A DNA stretch of 64,000 nt from Octopus vulgaris (lineage: Eukaryota), in contig OX597830.1 of assembly GCA_951406725.2 (NCBI GenBank), positions 48,670,001 to 48,734,000 of the forward strand. The letters are read 5' to 3'. This document shows positions 1 through 15,900 of the stretch, one piece after another. Position 1 is the stretch's first letter. Every line of letters starts with the position of its first letter. The position numbers and the translations under genes were made by a program. Under the pieces are notes generated by a model. It was not told the DNA's origin. It worked only from the letters and a program-made list of their open reading frames with translations, and did no database searches.

Positions 1-264
1 CTTGGTGGTGGTGGCGGTGGTGTTGTTAGTGTTGATGTTGTTAGTGTTTCATTTCCTTCTTATTACTTTCACAAGCATCGGTAGTATTGGTAAAAACAAC
101 AATGACGGCAGCAGCAGCAGCAGCGGTAGCAGCAGCAGCAGCGGCAGCAGCAAGAGTATGTGTAATTACATCGGTAACTGCAATAGCAACAGCATTAGCA
201 ACAACTCAACAGTATTAGCAACAACAGCAGTATCAAAAAAAAAAAGCAGTGGCAGTAACAACTA

Positions 265-297
<33 letters not shown>

Positions 298-763
298 AAC
301 CACTACCGCCATCAGCACCACCATCAGCACCCTCATCCATCACCACTGCTGCCACCGCCGCCCCACCACCACCACCACTACTATAATAGCAGTAACAAAA
401 GCAGCAAGAAGAACAAGAATAATAACAAGAATAACAACAAGAACAATAACTGCAGGAACAGAAACATTGATAACAATAGAAACAACAACAAGAATTTGCT
501 GAAAAGGAAAACCAAAATCCATAAAGGAAGGAAAGAGAAGAAGAGAGAAGAGAGAGAGAGAGGGGGTAAGAGAGACGGGGGGGGAGAAAGAGAGAGAATG
601 AGAAGAAAATCGAAAGAAAAGAAAGGAAAATATCAATAGAAAATAAAGTTGTATAGAATATGTGAGGTTGAGGTTGAGGGAGAGGTGTAGCGATTGAGAG
701 GTGAAGGAGGAGAAAGAAACGGAAGTGATAAGATGAGAAAAATATAGATGGAAAGAAGAAGAC

Positions 764-799
<36 letters not shown>

Positions 800-835
800 G
801 GGAGGGAGTGAGAGAGAGGGGGAGAGTGAGAGAAT
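1..835. repeat. Mixed trinucleotide and GA-rich low-complexity tract
   Basis: (CAG), (ACT), (CAC), (AAC), (GA)n. Confidence 0.9.
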
Positions 836-2319
836 TTAGAAAAAGTCAAAAAGACGAAGAAAGAGTGAAGGAGAGTGGTGACATTTATTCCTCAATTTCA
901 TGAAGATTTTGAGGGCCGTTGCTTTCGTACGATTCACCACGCAAAATGTTCCCGCAATAAGCAATAGAAAACATCTGCTCTGACATTTTGTGCCTGGGAG
1001 ATTTTTCTCAGTCAATAATGGAATTATTAATAATTGATACAAGAGAAAGCACGTGTAATTGAAGTATTGGTCCAATTTCCGTTGTTTTTCCTTTGATTTT
1101 CCGTTAGATTTGCTTCAGCTCTAAACTCTCCCATTAATGTTCCTTCTTCAACAACAAGCAATGCTTGCCTGGCTTCTTCTGTTTAACAGCTTCGTATTTT
1201 TGAGCTCTAATTGTGGGATCTCCCAACACAACAGAGCTTTTCTTATCTCGTCCATTGTAAGCTTTTCTTGCAGTTAGATCACGCGGCAATAAATGTCTTC
1301 ACTCTTTTTACTCCCCTTCCTTTCCCTATTCTTTCATGAAACCTCTGTCTTTCTCTCTTTCTTTTCCTCTCACCATCTTTCTCTGTCTTCTTCTCTGTCT
1401 ATCTATCTTTCTCTCTCTCTCTCACTAACTCACTCACTCACTTTTCTTTTTTTTTTCTTTTTGAGTTTTACTATTTCCATCAAGCCAAGTCGCTACCACT
1501 TTTTCTGTTTGTATCTCCCTCTCCTCCTTTCTCTCTTTCTCTTTTCCTCTCACTGTCTTTCTCTCTGTCTATCTCTGTCTCTCTCTGTCTCTGTCTCTCT
1601 GTCTCTCTCTCTCCCTCCCTCTCTCGCACATACTCACTCACTCACTCTCTCTTTGTTTTTTTTTTCCTTTCTGAGGCTCACTATTTCCATCAAACCAAGT
1701 CGTTACCACTTTTCTATCTTCCCTCTCCCTTTCCTCCTCTCTCTCTCTTTCTCTCTCTCTCTTTCTCTCTCTCTCTATCTCTTTCTCCTCATTCTCTCTC
1801 TCTCTTTCTATTTCTCTCTCCCTTTGTTTCTCCTTCTCTTTTACTCATCGCACTTAATAGAAATGCCCGGGTGAGGGTAAGTGAGGCGAAATCTATGTAA
1901 AGGACGGAGAACATTGAGGTGAGGTATATAGCGAGGGTGGAGGTGACAACGGCCGATGTAACAATACAATAATTGTTGTCAAAAATTAAAGGAAAAGATG
2001 TATACAATCGATGCGGCAGAAATTGAAGTCAACGATAAAAATGTAAAGAATAAGAAAGGTGAGCTGAATGTTATTGAAACTTAACTTGAGCTTTGTTATC
2101 TCCCTTTGAGGTTAACTCTTTTGTTATCGTTATTCACTCCTCATTTTGGAAACATTCTTCTGTTAAAAATACACTCTTCTCTAGATTTCTCTTTCATATC
2201 TCTTTACATTTTCTTATCCCTCTCCCTCATTCCTCTCTCCTTCTCTTTCTAGTTTCTCCCGTGCGACTTCGTTTAGCTTGTATTATGCGTAATATTATAA
2301 ATTATCACAAAACAAGGTG

Positions 2320-2884
2320 AGATGATAGAAACTGTACGAAAGCTTGATGAAACGTTTCGCTGTATTTAATTTCAGCACTCAATGTCCTGAGTTCAAACAC
2401 CACTAGGGCCGACTTTGCTTCTCATCCCATAGGTTTATGTGCTGAGGCAAGTTCAATCGAATTTACATCTTCCTTCAAGTGATCAATATTATAAGGCAAC
2501 GGAGCTGGCAGAATCGTCAGCACGTCGGACAAAACGCTTAGCGGCATTTCGTCCGTCTTTACATTTTCAGTTCAAATTCCGCCAAGGCCGACTTTGCTTT
2601 TCATCCTTTCGGGGTCGATAAAATAAGTACAAGTTGGATATTGGGGTCGATGTAATCGACTTACTCCAGCCCTGAAGCAGCTGGCTTTGTGCCAAAATTT
2701 GAAACCAATGTTATAAGTTATCCATTGAAGGCGGTGAGCTGGTAGAATTGTTAGCAGACCGGGCAAAATGCTTAGCGGCATTTGGTCCATCTTCACGCTT
2801 TGAGTTCAAATTCCGCTGAGGTCGACTTTGCCTTTTATCCTCTTCCCCCGAAATTGCTGGCCTTGTGTCAAAATTTGAACCAAT
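2320..2884 (+). mobile_element. Cluster of three tRNA-derived SINE family A copies
   Basis: Head ggcgg.gagctggcagaatcgttag (A box), gagttcaaattcc (B box), cctttcatcctttcggggtcgataaa core; the first copy is decayed. Confidence 0.8.
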
Positions 2885-3206
2885 ATTTCTGATGACCTTG
2901 TTACTGTTTTTCAACGAATTTCTGAGCTACAGCTCGGCCTTGGCGGAATGTACAAAAGTATAAAAGTGAACTCTATTTTGTTAGCTGTATAAGTTCTGCA
3001 CATTATCAACCCTTTTTCATCTATACACAAATATTGAAGCAGAAACCATTAATGAGTATGGCCAACTTCACCAGAAATTTGTAAGTTCTTGTCAGAAAAC
3101 GTTTGCCAAACAAGCACAAACATTACAAAGTCATCGACAAACGTTAATAAAAATTATATAATGAACGTTTGAAAAGGATAGAAATAATTGAATTTAATTA
3201 TAGATT

Positions 3207-3563
3207 TGCGGTTGGATGGAATTTACACTCGCCTCCTTATGAGAGCTTAAAATCTCTCGTGGAAACGTCATCCAACTAAAGTACAAATATATGGGAAGTT
3301 ACCACCTGTATCATCTCTTGTGAAAGGTAGAAGAGTCCAGTTTGCTGGACATTGTTGTAGAGCTGAAAACGGGGTAATTTCTACTCTTCTCCTCTGGAAG
3401 CCATCTGCTCGCGATACCAGAGGGCGCACACTCTCCTACCCTGATGTAATCTCCAGGGATACAGGCATCCAACAACAGGACCTCCGTAATGCTATGATAG
3501 ACTGTGACGTCTGGCGTAACATAGTAAATTCCATTGTCTCGACCACGGTCGAAGAATGATGAT
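3207..3563 (+). mobile_element. RTE-clade LINE 3' fragment
   Basis: Same family as 13299-13698; VQFAGHCCR...DVWRNIV, ends in tgatgat. Confidence 0.8.
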
Positions 3564-4300
3564 AGGTTTGCTGTTAAAACCAAATTCAACTTCAGTGGAA
3601 TCTGATCATTCACGAGAGAATTGTTTAACAAAAAGTTTACATTAGGTTGTTAAGTTAAAATCGTATCTGAAGATTTATTTTGAAAATAATATCAGAAGAC
3701 ATACAGGAAAGGTGCGAAACAGAGAGAGAGAGGAAGAACGAAAGAGGAAGGAGAACAGAAAAGGAGAGGATGGGGAGAGAGATGGAGAGAAAGGGAGGGT
3801 GAGATAGACAGAGAGAGCACATTCCACTGGAACATGTGAAGGGAATATTCATTTCGGTGGCACATATCCACCAAGGCGTGTTTTTTATGCTTGTGACTAG
3901 TGTATGCTATTTGTAGAGTTTGTGTCAGCATTGTGTCGTACTGTGAGTATTTGGTATCAGCAATACTCATACGAATGGAGAATGCTACCATAAACTTGCA
4001 GACAACGTACAATAGTCGCAAACAGAAAGAAACACCGGACTGATGACGTATAAATCTAAGTGAGAAAAGGGACTTCCAGTAGTAATGTGAATCTGTATAC
4101 ATACATACATGCATGCATGCATGCATACATACATGCATGCATACATGCATACATACATACATACATACATACATACATACATACATACATACATACATAC
4201 ATACATACATACATGCATGCATACATGCATGCATACATACATACATACATACATACATACATACATACATACATACATACATACATACATACATACATAC

Positions 4301-4545
4301 AAAGGTATACTGGTGGATTGTCCCAGTGAAGACCTCAAGAAAAGGTAAGCACAACAGACCTGATATAATGATTTGTGATAGAGAAGAGAAACTGTGCACA
4401 GTTGTGAAAATTACCTGCCCAGCGGATGTTAACATAAAGCTGAAGATCAGTGAAAAAGAGAACACCTATGCTGAACTATTGAGAAATCTGCAGTTACTCT
4501 ATCCAGATTACAAGTTTAGGTTTATACCTGTAATTATTGGGGCTG
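4301..4545 (+). mobile_element. RLE non-LTR retrotransposon endonuclease fragment abutting (CATA)n
   Basis: YWWIVPVKT...HNRPDIMICD...EKENTYAEL...FIPVIIGA (RLE domain). Confidence 0.8.
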
Positions 4546-4836
4546 ACAGAATTTGTCCCTTGCACCTTTTGTACCAATGGTAACGAAGGTCCTCATTCAG
4601 GTCCAGCTGCATAGTGGCGACTCCAACACCCATGTCTCACGCCAAAGCTCGGATTCCTTGCTCGGATCTTCCATCACCTTGTCTTGCAGTTGATGCTAAG
4701 GGAGGATCAACCAGATATTAAAACTAATGCATATTGTGAAATATACCATAATCTACCATGTGCACGAGTTTCGTTAACATTGAGATAACAGAACCCCAAA
4801 ACATTGGGGTGGCCTAATACTTTCGGCCAAGGTTGT
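4546..4836 (-). mobile_element. Tc1/mariner (maT-like) 5' fragment with TIR-like end
   Basis: Frameshifted minus translation EDPSK.IRALA.DM.VG..TM...LNEDLRY..YKR.KGQIL. Terminus ta|caaccttggccgaaagtattagg sits at a TA. Confidence 0.5.
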
Positions 4837-4910
4837 ACATACATACATACATACATACATACATACATACATACATACATACATACATACATACATACAT
4901 ACATACATAC

Positions 4911-5695
4911 AAACTGAAGATCATACCCACATCATAGGCAGTTGTCCAGAAATGTCATCACTATATTATCTACCGATGAGTCATGACGTTGTAGCCAAGG
5001 CACTGTACAATAAGATTCGTCGGAAGAATAATCCTGGGGCCAAAGAGATAAGCACTCAGAGTATGGTAGAGGCCATAGCCACTCAAAATATCAAAGAGTA
5101 CTGATGGAATGTCCCAGTGAAAGCCTCAGTAAAATGTAAACATAACATACCTGACACAGTGATTCGGGACAGAGAAGATAAACTATTTTCCAGTAGAGAG
5201 AACCAGCTGCCCAGCAAATGTCAACGTATAGCCTATGCTAAACCATTGAGAAATTTACATTTACTTTACTCATAGTACAAGTTCAGGTTATGCCTGTAAT
5301 TCTAGGTGCCTAAGCACCGGTGAGAAATTAGGCTTCTCGAAATCAGAAAGGAGAAAGCTAATTGGAACATTACAGACTCAAATCATCAAAAGAACCGTAA
5401 GAATTTGTAAAAATTTTCAGAAATTTAACATTTAAGTATATATGCGCATGTCTAGACAGGCATGAGAAATGATACATGATACATAATATGCATGAGAGAT
5501 GATACATAAAACAAAACATGCAAATCTGCACATGCACTGACTTGAAATACTGCACACATACACACATGCATGCACAATTACCCTATTGATGTTGTTAAAA
5601 TTCCGGTGAAGAAATCTTGCATCAAGGTCAGAAACCGATTCTTTCCCTACTGGCAAGAAATCTTGAAATAAGACTGAATAATAACTTACATATAT
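4911..5695 (+). mobile_element. Decayed RLE LINE 3' portion (zinc knuckle, endonuclease, 3' UTR) abutting (CATA)n
   Basis: HIIGSCPEMS..YLPM.HDVVAK...WNVPVK...KHNIPD with stops and frameshifts. Homologous to 4301-4545. Confidence 0.7.
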
Positions 5696-5696
5696 A

Positions 5697-5910
5697 CTTT
5701 TCTACTCTAGGCAGAAGGCCCCGAAATTTCTAGGGAGGGGTATAGTCGATTAGATCGACCCCAGTACGCAACTGGTACTTAATTTATCTACCCAGAAAGA
5801 ATGAAAGGAAAAGTCGACCTCGGTGGAATTTGAACTCAGAACGTAGCAACAGACGAAATACCGCCAAGCATATCGCCCGGCGTGTTAACGTTTCTGCCAG
5901 CTCGCCGCCT
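5697..5910 (-). mobile_element. SINE family A
   Basis: Reverse complement of the family A head and core. Confidence 0.85.
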
Positions 5911-5947
5911 TATAACTTACATATATACGTGTGCATTCATGTGAGAG

Positions 5948-6616
5948 TGTATGTATGTATGTATGTATGTATGTATGTATGTATGTATGTATGTATGTAT
6001 GTATGTATGTATGTATGTATGTATGTATGTATGTCTGTGTGTGTATGTATGTATGTATGTATGTATGTATGTATGTATGTATGTATGTATGTATTTATGT
6101 ACGTGTGTCTGTGTGTGTATGTATGTATGTATGTATGTATGTATGTATGTATGTATGCATGCATGCATGCATGTATGTATGTATGTATTTATGTATGTGT
6201 GTCTGTGTATGTATGTATGTATGTATGTATGCATGTATGCATGTATGTATGTATGTATTTATGTATACATGCATGTATGTATGTGTGTCTGTGTGTATGC
6301 ATGCATGTATGTATGTATGTATGTATTTATGTACGTGTGTCTGTGTATGTATGTATGTATGCATGTATGTATGTATGCATGTATGCATGTATGTATGTAT
6401 GCATGTATGTATGTATGTATGTATTATGTATGTATGTATGTATGTATGCATGTATGTATGTATGCATGTATGCATGCATGTATGTATGTATGTATTTATG
6501 TATGTGTGTCTGTGTGTGTGTATGTATGTATGTATGTATGTATGTATTTATGTATGTATGTGTGTCTGTGTGTGTGTATGTATGTATGTATGTATGTATT
6601 TATGTATGTATGTATG
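5948..6616. repeat. (TATG)n compound microsatellite
   Basis: Direct. Similar tracts at 4098-4300, 4836-4910, 15900-16700, 27395-27568, 41305-41403 and 41820-41921. Confidence 0.97.
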
Positions 6617-7214
6617 TTCTGAACTTCATTGGCTTACGGCTGTTTCTGCTATAAGATGCAGTGGATTCTAGTTGCATCCTGCAGCTTCATCGGAGCCTCG
6701 AATATGAAGTACAGTTTATTTGGGAAAAAAGAATTACATTTGTGCGATATAAAGAAAAAGGCATTACCAGTGAGAATGTCATTACCGATGTATATAAAAG
6801 AAAGTGTATGTCCGAAAGGCAATTAAAAATACAAGTAGAAACGCTATGTGTATATACAAATGCGCGCACACTGAAAAAGCGCAGGCAGACACCCAGTCAG
6901 AGATACAGGCATACACACTCGCACAAGCACGCATACACACACACGCACACTCACATATGCACACACACACACACACAGACGCACTTTTATGTGTGTGTAT
7001 GTATACGTTTACATATATACAGACATACATACACATATACGCATGAAATACATATACACACACTACATACGCACAGAGAAAGAAAGAAAATAGATGGAGA
7101 GAGACAGAGACCGACCCCAACATGCACGAATCTATTCATGCGTATATACATATACCCCCTTCCACGCACTCACATCACGCATATGCATAGTCATTATATT
7201 TAGGTACACACACG

Positions 7215-10693
<3,479 letters not shown>

Positions 10694-10957
10694 GTGTCCA
10701 CCCAGAAATATTTACATATACAGAATACACGTTTATTAAAGTGTATATCTGTCTATTTGCAAATGTATATAGCGACAAAAAAAAATTGAGCCATACTAGT
10801 TTTATATATTTTTGGAGCTGTAGTGCTTTTTTTTTTAATGCAAATATATATAATTTAATAACTTTGAAGAAGAGAATGGGAAGTAAGAAATGTTGATAAA
10901 ACTAAAGAAGAGAAACAATTAAATTATTAATAGTTTCATTGTATGGAAGCTGAAGGT

Positions 10958-10972
10958 AGCGACATCTGCTGG
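10958..10972 (-). promoter_or_regulatory. Candidate CTCF site
   Basis: Minus CCAGCAGATGTCGCT, one mismatch from CCAGCAGATGGCGCT, in a unique AT-rich island. Confidence 0.4.
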
Positions 10973-11176
10973 AGTAACTTTACTGGTTGTTAGTTTTGTT
11001 TTGTTTTATTTTTGTTTGTAGCTTTTGTTTGTTGTGTTTGTTTTTTCCTAAGTCTACTAGTGATAATTCATCGACAGAAACAACCCCAATAACAACAACA
11101 ATAATTAAAAAAAAATAACAATGATATCAATAATGATAATGATTATTATTTTCATTTCTACTCCTACTATTATTAA

Positions 11177-13032
11177 TTTTTTTTTTTCTTCTTCTTTCAA
11201 ATTTGCTTCCATTTCTTGCCGAGCGTCTTCCCGACTCCTAGGGCAAAGAAAATCATAGTATGCATTGGTAGGCCATTAAACCAAACTCAATAGTTCGTTC
11301 ATTTTTATTTTTTTAGTTTTTTATTTTTTAAGGTTAAATTAAAATACATGGGCAGTAATAGCTCTCACGGCGACAATGCTCTTCTCAATACGTGTGATGT
11401 ACCAGTTAAGACAATCTTTTGCACTTCTTGCAGGGATGGTAAGCCAGGGATCATTCTCATATAATTTTCGGTTCTCTTCTTGATCATTCCTAGTGCTCCT
11501 ACGATCACTGGTATTGTAACCGCCTTGAGATGCCACATTTTCTCAATTTCAATGAGTAGGTCTTTATATTTTCTGAGCTTGTCAAACTCTTTCGCTGAGA
11601 TATTATGATCACAGGGGATGCTCATGTCGATCAATAAGCAAACTTTATTGTTTTGGTCTTTCACAACAATATCTGGTTTATTGGCCTTGATGGTTCGGTC
11701 TGTATGTACTGGAAAGTCCCACAGAATGGTTACATTTTCTCCTTCAGTTACAGCCTCAGGGTGGTGATTATACCACTTGTCGGCAGTTTTGATATTGTAA
11801 TGCCGACTTATTAGCCAGTGGAGATATTGGCCAACTCTGTCATGTCTTACTTTATACTCCACTGGTGCTAAGACTTTACATCCAGAGATTAGATGGTCCA
11901 CTGTTTCAATCATGTCGTTGCAGAATCGGCATTTTGGGTCTGCTCCATTTTTCATCACATTGGCCTGGTAGTTCCGGGTTAATAGGCTTTGATCTTGAGC
12001 AGCCAGGATGAAACCTTCGCTCTCTGCTTTTAGCCCTGAGCTCCGTAGCCACTGATGGGTTTGCTTCTGGTCAACATCAGCTTGTTTGCTGCGGGTCACA
12101 TATTTGCCGTGCAGAGGTTTCTCCTCCCACCTATCAGCCAATTGCTCGTGCGCTTTTTTCATTGCCATCATTTTCACCTTCTTTGCAACAATAGTTGCCG
12201 TACTTCCCTCGGGTTGTTCAGTTTGGGTATCCTGCACGAGATCAATAGCAAATTTTTTGCTTTCCTTTATGATAGAATGAAGCTTCTTTCGTCTCTCGTG
12301 ATTTTCCACGAGCTTTAGCATCCAGTCATTCGATATTTCGAGATATTTGGCCAGTCCAATTGTGGTTGTTTTGTAAGCTAGTTCAAATTGGATCAGGCCT
12401 CGACCTCCTTGGGCTCTGGGAAGGTAAAGGCGATCTACGTCTACCTTTGGGTGGTGCATCCTATTACAACTCAGCAGCTTGCGTATTTTCCTATCTATAT
12501 TCTTTACTTCACTCATATTCCAGTTCAACACATTGTAGCTATAAGTAACAACTGGAACTGCTAACGAATTTATAGCTAACACCTTGTTACGTGCATCTAG
12601 TTCAGATTTCAGGACTGCACGAACTCTCCTATAACATTCCTTCCTGATCTTCTCTTTCATGCTTGCATGCTGAATACCAGAGCCTTCATTTATCCCTAAA
12701 TATTTGTATGTTTGTTCTTGCTCAAGCTCTCTTATGACTGTGTCAACATCTAACACGACTGAATTTGTGGTCTTCACTTTCCCTTTCTGGAAAGTGGCCT
12801 TGGCACACTTCTTAAGTCCAAACTCCATCCCGATGTCATCGCTGAATGCTTTCACGGTGCGCAATAGGCCTTCAAGTTCATTATTGTCTTTACCATAAAG
12901 TTTTAAGTCATCCATATAAAATAGATGGCTTATTTTTTTATTGACAATTTTATACCCATACCCTGTTCTGTTTAATTCACTTGTAAGGGGTATTAGGGCT
13001 ATGCAGAATATTAAAGGTGAAAGTGAGTCACC
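11177..13032 (-). mobile_element. 5'-truncated R4/Dong-clade RLE non-LTR retrotransposon, young copy
   Basis: Open frame 13032-11365 starts at GDSLSP and contains YMDD (RT), CRFC..HLISGC (CCHC knuckle), RHD and KPDIVV..IDMSIP (PD..D endonuclease). The 3' UTR ends in an A tail then TAA-like repeats; the 5' truncation abuts (TAA)n. Confidence 0.93.
11365..13032 (-). CDS. RT C-terminal half plus zinc knuckle plus restriction-like endonuclease of the R4/Dong element (partial ORF)
   Basis: The 516-aa track ORF extends 39 codons upstream without a stop (GDSLSPLIFCIALIPL...SHLFYMDD). Confidence 0.9.
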   Translation of the reverse strand, partial: GDSLSPLIFCIALIPLTSELNRTGYGYKIVNKKISHLFYMDDLKLYGKDNNELEGLLRTVKAFSDDIGMEFGLKKCAKATFQKGKVKTTNSVVLDVDTVIRELEQEQTYKYLGINEGSGIQHASMKEKIRKECYRRVRAVLKSELDARNKVLAINSLAVPVVTYSYNVLNWNMSEVKNIDRKIRKLLSCNRMHHPKVDVDRLYLPRAQGGRGLIQFELAYKTTTIGLAKYLEISNDWMLKLVENHERRKKLHSIIKESKKFAIDLVQDTQTEQPEGSTATIVAKKVKMMAMKKAHEQLADRWEEKPLHGKYVTRSKQADVDQKQTHQWLRSSGLKAESEGFILAAQDQSLLTRNYQANVMKNGADPKCRFCNDMIETVDHLISGCKVLAPVEYKVRHDRVGQYLHWLISRHYNIKTADKWYNHHPEAVTEGENVTILWDFPVHTDRTIKANKPDIVVKDQNNKVCLLIDMSIPCDHNISAKEFDKLRKYKDLLIEIEKMWHLKAVTIPVIVGALGMIKKRTENYMRMIPGLPSLQEVQKIVLTGTSHVLRRALSP

Positions 13033-13148
<116 letters not shown>

Positions 13149-13298
13149 TTTGGGTTTCCTGGTATCTGAGTTAGGTAGAAATCAGCCCCTTTTGCTATCA
13201 TTCCCAGGGCACCTATGACAACAGGTATTGTTTTAGTCTTCAGGTTCTACATTTTGCTGATTTCTATTTCAAGATCTTTATATTTGCTCAGTTTTTGG
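13149..13298 (-). mobile_element. Second, diverged R4/Dong RLE C-terminal fragment
   Basis: Minus translation QKLSKYKDLEIEISKM*NLKTKTIPVVIGALGMI, homologous to KLRKYKDLLIEIEKMWHLKAVTIPVIVGALGMI of the neighbouring element. Confidence 0.8.
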
Positions 13299-13697
13299 TC
13301 ATCTTCATCATCATTGTTCGACCGTGGTCGAGACAATGGAATTTACCATGCTACGCCAGACTTCACGGTCCATCATGGCATTACGGAGGTCCTGTTGCTG
13401 GATGCCTGTATCCCTGGAGATTACATCAGGGTAGGAGAGTGTGCGCCCACTGGTATTGCGAGTAGATGGCTTCCAGAGGAGAAGAGTAGAAATTACCACT
13501 TTTTCAGCTCTACAACAATGTCCAGCAAACTGGACTCTCCTACCTTTCACAAGAGATGACACAGGTGGTAGTTTCCCATATATTTGCATTTTGGTTGGAT
13601 GGCGCTTCCACGAGAGATTTTGAGCTCTCATAAGGAGGCGGGTGTAGGTTCCATCCAACCGCCTCTCAAGCAGTTTTTGGTAGGTCTTGACAGATAC

Positions 13698-13698
<1 letters not shown>
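13299..13698 (-). mobile_element. RTE-clade LINE 3' fragment with (TGA)n tail
   Basis: DGTYTRLLMRAQNLSW...FAGHCCR...AMMDREVWR then tgatgatga. Near-identical to the copy at 3207-3563. Confidence 0.8.
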
Positions 13699-13763
<65 letters not shown>

Positions 13764-13789
13764 TGAAGGCGGCGATCTGGCAGAATCGT

Positions 13790-14160
13790 TAGTAAAAGAA
13801 AGAGTAGAATATTATACTGACTTAAATTCGATTACTGGAAGGAAGAAGTTAACAAGGTCATGAGCCTAGCAATTATCGTCGGGCTTTGTGAACTGTGACT
13901 AAGCAATTGGGAATAACCTTAAAAATATTGATCTTCATCTCAGAGAACACATCTCTTTCAGCCAACAAGAATTGCCCGGAAGGTCCTCGGTACAAAGTGT
14001 CGGCAGATTCGTAGAGCAGAGAGCAAACTTTTCTGCACAAGTCAAAAAATACAGCTCATCATTCAGCACAATTTGTTGTTCCACAGGAATCATGGTTAAG
14101 CCGTGCGAAACGCTGATCCCGTGAATCAACAAAACATAACAACAACAACAACAACAATAA
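13790..14160 (+). mobile_element. Old R4/Dong-like 3' end
   Basis: Decayed translation YYTDL..IIVG and QRTHLFQPTRIARKVLG, resembling LQK..L.GT..ILRKVL. Ends in (CAA)n. Confidence 0.45.
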
Positions 14161-14164
14161 CAGT

Positions 14165-14458
14165 TTCAGATTTTGGTACAAGGCCGGCAATTTCAGAGAA
14201 GTGGGAAAGACAATTACATCGACCCCAGTGATCGATTGATATGTATTTTATCAATTCTTTTCTACTTTAGGCACAAGGGCCAAAATTTTGGGGGAAGGAG
14301 CCAGTCGATTAGATCGGCCCCAGTATGCAGCCGGTACTTAATATTTCGACCCTGAAAGGATGAAAGGCAAAGTCGACCTCGGCGGAATTAGAACTAAGAG
14401 CGGACGAAATGCCGCTAAGCATTCTTTTCTGGTGTGCTAAGTATTCTATCAGCTCACC
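14165..14458 (-). mobile_element. SINE family A (two nested or adjacent pieces)
   Basis: aaggatgaaaggcaaagtcgacctcggcggaatt. Confidence 0.75.
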
Positions 14459-14482
14459 TCTTTAATAATAATAATAATAATG

Positions 14483-14523
<41 letters not shown>

Positions 14524-14527
14524 AACA

Positions 14528-15008
14528 ACATTGTTTTGTCTTGGTATAAAAGATGGGCTACAGCAAATATTCTGCTCAATACCATAGATTTGCTTGTCAG
14601 TTGTTTGACCATAACCAGTTGAGCATGTCCCTTAGTGGCTGACGATATGTGCATCTCTGATCAAGAGCAGAAGTAGTGGAGGAGCATCATAGCCATGTGT
14701 TGAGAGGAATTCTTTGGGGTTTGAATAATTCACCTCTGGAAACATGGGTGGTTCGTTCAACATCCTTAAACAACCCTTATTCAGGGACCTTTTGATGGGC
14801 TACTCAACCTGAAGAAAATTCTAACTGGACCCCACCTGCAAGGTCATGCGCTGTTTATCTTGATATGAGATCACCATGTCGCGCACATATATGGCTGTGA
14901 TGCATGTGCCTGGTGTACCCTTATCAGACAGGTGGTCATGATGGGTATATTGGGCTTCGTATATTTTACCCCAGTGTCACTTTGATAGCATGAACTGCTC
15001 TCTCACTC
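14528..15008 (+). mobile_element. ~480-bp non-coding retroelement (or R4/Dong 3' UTR) ending in (TAA)n
   Basis: Flanked by TAA repeats on both sides; a second copy lies at 52589-53020. Confidence 0.7.
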
Positions 15009-15096
<88 letters not shown>

Positions 15097-15256
15097 ATAA
15101 TAATAATAATAATAATGGTTTCAAATTTTGGCACAAGGCCAGCATTTTGAGGGATAGAGTGAGTCGATTGCACTGACCCAACTGTTTAGCTGGTAGTTAG
15201 TTTATCGACCCCAAAGGATGACTGGTGAAGTCGACCTCGGCAGAAATAATAATAAT

Positions 15257-15289
<33 letters not shown>

Positions 15290-15480
15290 AAGAAGAAGAA
15301 GAAGAAGAAGAAGAAGAAGAAGGAGGAGGAGGAGGAGGAGGATTGGAGGTGGAGGAGGAGGAGGATTGGAGGAGGAGGAGGAGGAGGAGGAGGATTGGAG
15401 GAGGAGGAGGAGGAGGAGGAGGAGGAGGAAAAGAAGAAGAAGAAGAAGAAGAAGAAGATCAACAACAACAACAACAACAT
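15008..15480. repeat. (TAA)(TAG), (AAG)(GAG)(AAC) trinucleotide runs around a SINE A remnant
   Basis: Direct. Confidence 0.92.
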
Positions 15481-15735
15481 CTAGAACATAAACTTATTGC
15501 TTCCAGTAAAAGATCATATATCCTGCATATGAGAGAAATATGAAGTGTGTTCTATAGAAACAATACGAGTTAAACCCGATGCGGTCATGATTTTGCTAAC
15601 TTATACATAGTTGTTACGGTTGACTGAATCGGTAGAAAGCCAGACGAAATGCCCAGCTGTAGCACCCCTTCACGTTCTGAGTTTGAACCATGAAGAATGA
15701 CCAAAATAAGTACCAATTATGCAGATATTTTGTTG

Positions 15736-15900
15736 GTGCAGGTGAGTGTGTGGTAAGATCTTTACTTACCAACCACGTGCTTATGGGTTCAGTCCCGATG
15801 TTTGGCACCTCAGGTAAGTGTCTTCTACGGTAGCCCGGGGCCGACCAAGGTGCGCAAGTGGATTTGGTAGACAAAATCCGAAAGAAGCCGGCTCCATATA
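15736..15900 (+). mobile_element. SINE B 5' half
   Basis: Head through gaaagaagcc. Similar halves lie at 16800-16950 (+), 17850-18003 (-), 48600-48790 (+, 3' half) and 60040-60175 (+, decayed). Confidence 0.75.

Noticed and set aside
2-849. Signal-peptide or transmembrane-looking ORFs
   Set aside because: Derived from trinucleotide and GA repeats.
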